64,000 nt of DNA from Eledone cirrhosa (taxonomy: Eukaryota): NCBI GenBank assembly GCA_964016885.1, contig OZ024744.1, positions 22,320,001 to 22,384,000 of the forward strand, written 5' to 3'. The position numbers and the translations under genes were made by a program. Below are positions 54,401 to 64,000 of this stretch, in pieces. The notes under the pieces were generated by a model that saw only the letters and a list, made by a program, of their open reading frames with translations, searched no databases and had not been told where the DNA came from. Each line of letters begins with the position of its first letter. Position 1 is the first letter of the stretch.

Positions 54401-57400
54401 AGATGTTGTCGTGGTGGTCAGTTAGGTTGACATAGATAACATAGAGTGAGATGTTGTCGTGGTGGTCAGTTAGGTTGACATAGATAACATAGAGTGAGAT
54501 GTTGTCGTGGTGGTCAGTTAGGTTGACATCGATAACATAGGTGGGATGTTGTCGTGGTGGTCAGTTAGGTTGACATAGATAACATAGAGTGAGATGTTGT
54601 CGTGGTGGTCTTTTAGGTTGACATTGATAACATAGGTGGAATGTTGTCGTGGTGGTCAGTTACGTTGATATAGATAACATAGAGTGAGATGTTGTCGTGG
54701 TGGTCAGTTACGTTGACATAGATAACATAGGTGGGATGTTGTCGTGGTGGTCAGTTAGGTTGACATAGTCAACATAGGTTGGATATTGTCGTGGTAGTCA
54801 GTTAGGTTGACATAGATAACATAGAGTGAGATGTTGTCGTGGTGGTCAGTTAGCTTGACATAGATAACATAGAGTGAGATGTTGTCGTGGTGGTCAGTTA
54901 GGTTGACATAGATAACATAGAGTGAGATGTTGTCGTGGTGGTCAGTTAGGTTGACATAGATAACATGGAGTAAGATGTTGTCGTGGTGGTCAGTTAGGTT
55001 GACATAGATAACATAGGGTGAGATGTTGTCGTGGTGGTCAGTTAGGTTGACATAGATAACATAGGGTGAGATGTCGTCGTGGTGGTCAGTTAGGTTGACA
55101 TAGATAACATAGGTGGTATGTTGTCATGGTCAGTTAGGTTGACATAGATAACATAGGTGGGATGTTGTCCTGGTGGTCAGTTAGGTTGACATAGATAACA
55201 TAGAGTGAGATGTTGTCGTGGTGGTCAGTTAGGTTGATATACATAACATAGAGTGAGATGTTGTCGTGGTGGTCAGTTAGGTTGACATAGATAACATAGG
55301 TGGGATGTTGTCGTGGTCAGTTAGATTGACATAGATAACATAGGTGGGATGTTGTCGTGGTCAGTTAGGTTGACATAGATAACATTGAGTGAGATGTTGT
55401 CGTCGTGGTCAGTTAGGTTGACATAGATAACATAGGTGGGATGTTGTCGTGGTGGTCAGTTAGTTTGACATAGAGAACATAGGTGAGATGTTGTCGTGGT
55501 GGTCAGTTAGGTTGACATAGATAACATAGAGTGAGATGTTGTCGTGGTGGTCAGTTAGGTTGACATAGATAACATAGAGTGAGATGTTGTCGTGGTGGTC
55601 AGTTAGGTTGACATAGATAACATAGGTGGGATGTTGTCGTGGTGGTCAGTTAGGTTGACATAGATAACATAGAGTGAGATGTTGTCGTGGTGGTCTTTTA
55701 GGTTGACATTGATAACATAGGTGGGATGTTGTTGTGGTGTTCAGTTAGGTTGACATAGATAACATAGATGGGATGTTGTCGTGGTGGTCAGTTAGGTTGA
55801 CATAGATAACATAGGTGGGATGTTGTCGTGGTGGTCAGTTACGTTGACATAGATAACATAGAGTGATATGTTGTCGTGGTGGTCAGTTAGGTTGACATAG
55901 ATAACAGAGTGATATGTTGTCGTGGTGGTCAGTTAGGTTGACATAGATAATATTGGTGGGATGTTGTCGTGGTCAGTTAGGTTGACATATAATATTGGTG
56001 GGATGTTGTCGTGGTCAGTTAGGTTGACATAGATAACATAGAGTGAGATGTTGTCGTGGTGGTCAGTTCGGTTGACATAGATAACATAGAGTGAGATGTT
56101 GTCGTGGTGGTCAGTTAGGTTGACATAGATAACATAGAGTGAGATGTTGTCGTGGTGGTCAGTTAGGTTGACATAGATAACATAGAGTGAGATGTTGTCG
56201 TGGTCAGTTAGGTTGACATAGATAACATAGGTGGGATGTTGTCGTGGTCAGTTAGGTTGACATAGATAACATAGGTGGGATGTTGTCGTGGTGGTCAGTT
56301 AGGTTGACATAGATTACATAGGTGGGATGTTGACATGGTCAGTTAGGTTGACATAGATAACATAGAGTGAGATGTTGTCGTGGTGGTCAGTTAGGTTGGC
56401 ATAGATACCATAGAGTGAGATGTTGTCGTGGTGGTCAGTTAGGTTGACATAGATAACATAGGTGGGATGTTGTCATGGTCAGTTAGGTTGCCATAGATAA
56501 CATAGAGTGAGATGATGTCGTGATGGTCAGTTAGTTTGACATTGATAACATAGAGTGAGATGTTGTCGTGGTGGTCAGTTAGGTTGACATAGATAACATA
56601 GGTGAGATGTTGTCGTGGTGGTCAGTTAGGTTGACATAGATAACATAGGTGGGATGTTGTCGTGGTGGTCAGTTAGGTTGACATAGATAATATAGGTTGG
56701 ATATTGTCGTGGTAGTCAGTTATGTTGACATAGATAACATAGAGTGAGATGTTGTCGTGGTGGTCAGTTAGGTTGACATAGATAACATAGAGTGAGATGT
56801 TGTCGAGGTGGTCAGTTAGGTTGACATAGATAACATAGGTGGGATGTTGTCGTGGTGGTCAGTTAGTTTGACATAGAGAACATAGGTGAGATGTTGTCGT
56901 GGTGGTCAGTTAGGTTGACATAGATAACATAGAGTGAGATGTTGTCGTGGTGGTCAGTTAGGTTGACATAGATAACATAGAGTGAGATGTTGTCGTGGTG
57001 GTCAGTTAGGTTGACATCGATAACATAGGTGGGATGTTGTCGTGGTGGTCAGTTAGGTTGACATAGATAACATAGAGTGAGACGTTGTCGTGGTGGTCTT
57101 TTAGGTTGACATTGATAACATAGGTGGAATGTTGTCGTGGTGGTCAGTTAGGTTGATATAGATAACATAGAGTGAGATGTTGTCGTGGTGGTCAGTTACG
57201 TTGACATAGATAACATAGGTGGGATGTTGTCGTGGTGGTCAGTTAGGTTGACATAGATAACATAGGTTGGATATTGTCGTGGTAGTCAGTTAGGTTGACA
57301 TAGATAACATAGAGTGAGATGTTGTCGTGGTGGTCAGTTAGCTTGACATAGATAACATAGAGTGAGATGTTGTCGTGGTGGTCAGTTAGGTTGACATAGA

Positions 57401-60400
57401 TAACATAGAGTGAGATGTTGTCGTGGATGTCAGTTAGGTTGACATAGATAACATGGAGTGAGATGTTGTCGTGGTGGTCAGTTAGGTTGACATAGATAAC
57501 ATAGGGTGAGATGTTGTCGTGGTGGTCAGTTAGGTTGACATAGATAACATAGGGTGAGATGTCGTCGTGGTGGTCAGTTAGGTTGACATAGATAACATAG
57601 GTGGTATGTTGTCATGGTCAGTTATGTTGACATAGATAACATAGGTGGGATGTTGTCCTGGTGGTCAGTTAGGTTGACATAGATAACATAGAGTGAGATG
57701 TTGTCGTGGTGGTCAGTTAGGTTGATATACATAACATAGAGTGAGATGTTGTCGTGGTGGTCAGTTAGGTTGACATAGATAACATAGGTGGGATCTTGTC
57801 GTGGTCAGTTAGATTGACATAGATAACATAGGTGGGATGTTGTCGTGGTCAGTTAGGTTGACATAGATAACATTGAGTGAGATGTTGTCGTCGTGGTCAG
57901 TTAGGTTGACATAGATAACATAGGTGGGATGTTGTCGTGGTGGTCAGTTAGTTTGACATAGAGAACATAGGTGAGATGTTGTCGTGGTGGTCAGTTAGGT
58001 TGACATAGATAACATAGAGTGAGATGTTGTCGTGGTGGTCAGTTAGGTTGACATAGATAACATAGAGTGAGATGTTGTCGTGGTGGTCAGTTAGGTTGAC
58101 ATAGATAACATAGAGTGAGATGTTGTCGTGGTGGTCTTTTAGGTTGACATTGATAACATAGGTGGGATGTTGTCGTGGTGGTCAGTTAGGTTGACATAGA
58201 TAACATAGGTGGGATGTTGTCGTGGTGGTCAGTTAGGTTGACATAGATAACATAGGTGGGATGTTGTCGTGGTGGTCAGTTAGGTTGACATAGATTACAT
58301 AGGTGGGATGTTGACATGGTCAGTTAGGTTGACATAGATAACATAGAGTGAGATGTTGTCGTGGTGGTCAGTTAGGTTGGCATAGATACCATAGAGTGAG
58401 ATGTTGTCGTGGTGGTCAGTTAGGTTGACATAGATAACATAGGTGGGATGTTGTCATGGTCAGTTAGGTTGCCATAGATAACATAGAGTGAGATGATGTC
58501 GTGATGGTCAGTCAGTTTGACATTGATAACATAGAGTGAGATGTTGTCGTGGTGGTCAGTTAGGTTGACATAGATAACATAGGTGAGATGTTGTCGTGGT
58601 GGTCAGTTAGGTTGACAAAGATAACATAGGTGGGATGTTGTCGTGGTGGTCAGTTAGGTTGACATAGATAATATAGGTTGGATATTGTCGTGGTAGTCAG
58701 TTATGTTGACATAGATAACATAGAGTGAGATGTTGTCGTGGTGGTCAGTTAGGTTGACATAGAAAACATAGAGTGAGATGTTGTCGTGGTGGTCAGTTAG
58801 GTTGACATAGATAACATAGGTGGGATGTTGTCGTGGTGGTCAGTTAGTTTGACATAGAGAACATAGGTGAGATGTTGTCGTGGTGGTCAGTTAGGTTGAC
58901 ATAGATAACATAGAGTGAGATGTTGTCGTGGTGGTCAGTTAGGTTGACATAGATAACATAGAGTGAGATGTTGTCGTGGTGGTTAGTTAGGTTGACATCG
59001 ATAACATAGGTGGGATGTTGTCGTGGTGGTCAGTTAGGTTGACATAGATAACATAGAGTGAGATGTTGTCGTGGTGGTCTTTTAGGTTGACATTGATAAC
59101 ATAGGTGGAATGTTGTCGTGGTGGTCAGTTAGGTTGATATAGATAACATAGAGTGAGATGTTGTCGTGGTGGTCAGTTACGTTGACATAGATAACATAGG
59201 TGGGATGTTGTCGTGGTGGTCAGTTAGGTTGACATAGATAACATAGGTTGGATATTGTCGTGGTAGTCAGTTAGGTTGACATAGATAACATAGAGTGAGA
59301 TGTTGTCGTGGTGGTCAGTTAGCTTGACATAGATAACATAGAGTGAGATGTTGTCGTGGTGGTCAGTTAGGTTGACATAGATAACATAGAGTGAGATGTT
59401 GTCGTGGTGGTCAGTTAGGTTGACATAGATAACATGGAGTGAGATGTTGTCGTGGTGGTCAGTTAGGTTGACATAGATAACATAGGGTGAGATGTTGTCG
59501 TGGTGGTCAGTTAGGTTGACATAGATAACATAGGGTGAGATGTCGTCGTGGTGGTCAGTTAGGTTGACATAGATAACATAGGTGGTATGTTGTCATGGTC
59601 AGTTATGTTGACATAGATAACATAGGTGGGATGTTGTCCTGGTGGTCAGTTAGGTTGACATAGATAACATAGAGTGAGATGTTGTCGTGGTGGTCAGTTA
59701 GGTTGATATACATAACATAGAGTGAGATGTTGTCGTGGTGGTCAGTTAGGTTGACATAGATAACATAGGTGGGATCTTGTCGTGGTCAGTTAGATTGACA
59801 TAGATAACATAGGTGGGATGTTGTCGTGGTCAGTTAGGTTGACATAGATAACATTGAGTGAGATGTTGTCGTCGTGGTCAGTTAGGTTGACATAGATAAC
59901 ATAGGTGGGATGTTGTCGTGGTGGTCAGTTAGTTTGACATAGAGAACATAGGTGAGATGTTGTCGTGGTGGTCAGTTAGGTTGACATAGATAACATAGAG
60001 TGAGATGTTGTCGTGGTGGTCAGTTAGGTTGACATAGATAACATAGAGTGAGATGTTGTCGTGGTGGTCAGTTAGGTTGACATAGATAACATAGAGTGAG
60101 ATGTTGTCGTGGTGGTCTTTTAGGTTGACATTGATAACATAGGTGGGATGTTGTCGTGGTGGTCAGTTAGGTTGACATAGATAACATAGGTGGGATGTTG
60201 TCGTGGTGGTCAGTTACGTTGACATAGATAACATAGAGTGATATGTTGTCGTGGTGGTCAGTTAGGTTGACATAGATAACAGAGTGATATGTTGTCGTGG
60301 TGGTCAGTTAGGTTGACATAGATAATATTGGTGGGATGTTGTCGTGGTCAGTTAGGTTGACAGATAATATTGGTGGGATGTTGTCGTGGTCAGTTAGGTT

Positions 60401-63400
60401 GACATAGATAACATAGAGTGAGATGTTGTCGTGGTGGACAGTTCGGTTGACATAGATAACATAGAGTGAGATGTTGTCGTGGTGGTCAGTTAGGTTGACA
60501 TAGATAACATAGAGTGAGATGTTGTCGTGGTGGTCAGTTAGGTTGACATAGATAACATAGAGTGAGATGTTGTCGTGGTCAGTTAGGTTGACATAGATAA
60601 CATAGGTGGGATGTTGTCGTGGTCAGTTAGGTTGACATAGATAACATAGGTGGGATGTTGTCGTGGTGGTCAGTTAGGTTGACATAGATTACATAGGTGG
60701 GATGTTGACATGGTCAGTTAGGTTGACATAGATAACATAGAGTGAGATGTTGTCGTGGTGGTCAGTTAGGTTGGCATAGATACCATAGAGTGAGATGTTG
60801 TCGTGGTGGTCAGTTAGGTTGACATAGATAACATAGAGTGAGATGATGTCGTAGTGGTCAGTTAGGTTGACATAGATAACATAGGTGGGATGTTGTCCTG
60901 GTGGTCAGTTAGGTTGACATACATAACATAGAGTGAGATGTTGTCGTGGTGGTCAGTTAGGTTGACATAGATAACATATTTGAGATGTTGTCGCGGTCGG
61001 TTAGGTTGACATAGATAACATAGAGTGAGATGTTGTCGTGGTGGTCAGTTAGGTTGACATAGATAACATAGGTGGGATGTTGTCGTGGTCAGTTAGATTG
61101 ACATAGATAACATAGGTGGGATGTTGTCGTGGTCAGTTAGGTTGATATAGATAACATTGAGTGAGATGTTGTCGTCGTGGTCAGTTAGGTTGACATAGAT
61201 AATATAGAGTGAGATGTTGTCGTGGTCAGTTAGGTTGACATATATAACATAGAGTGAGATGTTGTCGTGGTGGTCAGTTAGGTTGACATAGATAACATAG
61301 GTGGGATGTTGTCGTGGTGGTCAGTTAGTTTGACATAGAGAACATAGGTGAGATGTTGTCGTGGTGGTCAGTTAGGTTGACATAGATAACATAGAGTGAG
61401 ATGTTGTCGTGGTGGTCAGTTAGGTTGACATAGATAACATAGAGTGAGATGTTGTCGTGGTGGTCAGTTAGGTTGACATCGATAACATAGGTGGGATGTT
61501 GTCGTGGTGGTCAGTTAGGTTGACATAGATAACATAGAGTGAGATGTTGTCGTGGTGGTCTTTTAGGTTGACATTGATAACATAGGTGGAATGTTGTCGT
61601 GGTGGTCAGTTAGGTTGATATAGATAACATAGAGTGAGATGTTGTCGTGGTGGTCAGTTACGTTGACATAGATAACATAGGTGGGATGTTGTCGTGGTGG
61701 TCAGTTAGGTTGACATAGTCAACATAGGTTGGATATTGTCGTGGTAGTCAGTTAGGTTGACATAGATAACATAGAGTGAGATGTTGTCGTGGTGGTCAGT
61801 TAGCTTGACATAGATAACATAGAGTGAGATGTTGTCGTGGTGGTCAGTTAGGTTGACATAGATAACATAGAGTGAGATGTTGTCGTGGTGGTCAGTTAGG
61901 TTGACATAGATAACATGGAGTGAGATGTTGTCGTGGTGGTCAGTTAGGTTGACATAGATAACATAGGGTGAGATGTTGTCGTGGTGGTCAGTTAGGTTGA
62001 CATAGATAACATAGGGTGAGATGTCGTCGTGGTGGTCAGTTAGGTTGACATAGATAACATAGGTGGTATGTTGTCATGGTCAGTTAGGTTGACATAGATA
62101 ACATAGGTGGGATGTTGTCGTGGTGGTCAGTTAGGTTGACATAGATAACATAGAGTGAGATGTTGTCGTGGTGGTCTTTTAGGTTGACATTGATAACATA
62201 GGTGGGATGTTGTTGTGGTGTTCAGTTAGGTTGACATAGATAACATAGGTGGGATGTTGTCGTGGTGGTCAGTTAGGTTGACATAGATAACATAGGTGGG
62301 ATGTTGTCGTGGTGGTCAGTTACGTTGACATAGATAACATAGAGTGATATGTTGTCGTGGTGGTCAGTTAGGTTGACATAGATAACAGAGTGATATGTTG
62401 TCGTGGTGGTCAGTTAGGTTGACATAGATAATATTGGTGGGATGTTGTCGTGGTCAGTTAGGTTGACAGATAATATTGGTGGGATGTTGTCGTGGTCAGT
62501 TAGGTTGACATAGATAACATAGAGTGAGATGTTGTCGTGGTGGTCAGTTCGGTTGACATAGATAACATAGAGTGAGATGTTGTCGTGGTGGTCAGTTAGG
62601 TTGACATAGATAACATAGAGTGAGATGTTGTCGTGGTGGTCAGTTAGGTTGACATAGATAACATAGAGTGAGATGTTGTCGTGGTCAGTTAGTTTGACAT
62701 AGATAACATAGGTGGGATGTTGTCGTGGTCAGTTAGGTTGACATAGATAACATAGGTGGGATGTTGTCGTGGTGGTCAGTTAGGTTGACATAGATTACAT
62801 AGGTGGGATGTTGACATGGTCAGTTAGGTTGACGTAGATAACATAGAGTGAGATGTTGTCGTGGTGGTCAGTTAGGTTGGCATAGATACCATAGAGTGAG
62901 ATGTTGTCGTGGTGGTCAGTTAGGTTGACATAGATAACATAGGTGGGATGTTGTCATGGTCAGTTAGGTTGCCATAGATAACATAGAGTGAGATGATGTC
63001 GTGATGGTCAGTTAGTTTGACATTGATAAAATAGAGTGAGATGTTGTCGTAGTGGTCAGTTAGGTTGACATAGATAACATAGGTGAGATGTTGTCGTGGT
63101 GGTCAGTTAGGTTGACATAGATAACATAGGTGGGATGTTGTCGTGGTGGTCAGTTAGGTTGACATAGATAATATAGGTTGGATATTGTCGTGGTAGTCAG
63201 TTATGTTGACATAGATAACATAGAGTGAGATGTTGTCGTGGTGGTCAGTTAGCTTGACATAGATAACATAGAGTGAGATGTTGTCGTGGTGGTCAGTTAG
63301 GTTGACATAGATAACATAGAGTGAGATGTTGTCGTGGTGGTCAGTTAGGTTGACATAGATAACATGGAGTGAGATGTTGTCGTGGTGGTCAGTTAGGTTG

Positions 63401-64000
63401 ACATAGATAACATAGGGTGAGATGTTGTCGTGGTGGTCAGTTAGGTTGACATAGATAACATAGGGTGAGATGTTGTCGTGGTGGTCAGTTAGGTTGAAAT
63501 AGATAACATAGGTGGGATGTTGTTATGGTCAGTTAGGTTGACATAGATAACATATGTGGGATGTTGTCCTGGTGGTCAGTTAGGTTGACATACATAACAT
63601 AGAGTGAGATGTTGTCGTGGTGGTCAGTTAGGTTGACATAGATAACATATTTGAGATGTTGTCGCGGTCGGTTAGGTTGACATAGATAACATAGAGTGAG
63701 ATGTTGTCGTGGTGGTCAGTTAGGTTGACATAGATAACATAGGTGGGATGTTGTCGTGGTCAGTTAGATTGACATAGATAACATAGGTGGGATGTTGTCG
63801 TGGTCAGTTAGGTTGATATAGATAACATTGAGTGAGATGTTGTCGTCGTGGTCAGTTAGGTTGACATAGATAATATAGAGTGAGATGTTGTCGTGGTCAG
63901 TTAGGTTGACATATATAACATAGAGTGAGATGTTGTCGTGGTGGTCAGTTAGGTTGACATAGATAACATAGGTGGGATGTTGTCGTGGTGGTCAGTTAGT
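50880..64000 (+). repeat. Second copy of a long super-repeat; collinear with about 4680-21900
   Basis: Identical ORFs at 5341/51489 (offset 46148). Rare markers ttttag(t/g)atgac at 6101/52249 and gtgaaattttg at 6174/52322 share that offset. Later markers keep their order while the offset shrinks. Confidence 0.8.

Larger units (their letters stand above)
1..64000 (+). repeat. Tandem satellite array, 48-bp consensus monomer (variants of 47, 46, 45 and 44 bp), about 1,350 copies, extending beyond both window edges
   Basis: Period read directly: TGAcAT at 1 and TGAtAT at 49. Consensus is GTTGACATAGATAACATAGAGTGAGATGTTGTCGTGGTGGTCAGTTAG (G16, T15, A13, C4; about 42% GC). Every line of the window matches this unit in the same orientation. 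The ORF track shows the matching 16-aa periodicity. Copy number is window length divided by about 47 bp. Confidence 0.99.

Noticed and set aside
1-64000. CRISPR array (constant repeat plus variable segment, with a palindrome)
   Set aside because: The variable segment is only 7-8 nt and consists of related alleles reused hundreds of times, not unique spacers of about 30 nt. There is no leader and no cas gene.
1-64000. Canonical telomerase-made telomere
   Set aside because: There are no tandem TTAGG or TTAGGG runs. Variant patterns inherited in kb-scale blocks indicate DNA-level copying, not templated re-synthesis of a fixed unit.
1-64000. Embedded transposon, inversion or unique insert
   Set aside because: None was seen on reading through. 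All deviations are substitutions or 1-3 bp indels of the monomer in the same orientation.
1-64000. Assignment to a named satellite family or species
   Set aside because: I do not recognise the monomer. A BLASTn/Dfam/Repbase search with a consensus dimer is needed.

Overview
The whole 64 kb is one uninterrupted head-to-tail tandem (satellite/minisatellite-type) array in a single orientation. I saw no unique sequence, credible gene, RNA gene or mobile element. The consensus monomer is 48 bp: GTTGACATAGATAACATAGAGTGAGATGTTGTCGTGGTGGTCAGTTAG. Common 47, 45 and 44 bp length variants put the total at roughly 1,350 copies. All ORFs in the supplied track are read-through of the one stop-free frame of this monomer. 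The non-trivial structure lies at three levels. (i) Inside the monomer there is an 8-bp quasi-palindrome whose loop holds the main polymorphism, with one lineage carrying a compensatory base-pair change, plus one TTAGG motif on a strongly G-rich, C-poor strand. (ii) A series of recent tandem block duplications of about 0.57-3.8 kb, some nested. (iii) A super-repeat with a period of about 43-46 kb. The organism cannot be identified from the sequence; a eukaryotic satellite or subtelomeric array is the most plausible inference. Offsets were read by eye from rare marker variants, so block boundaries are approximate.
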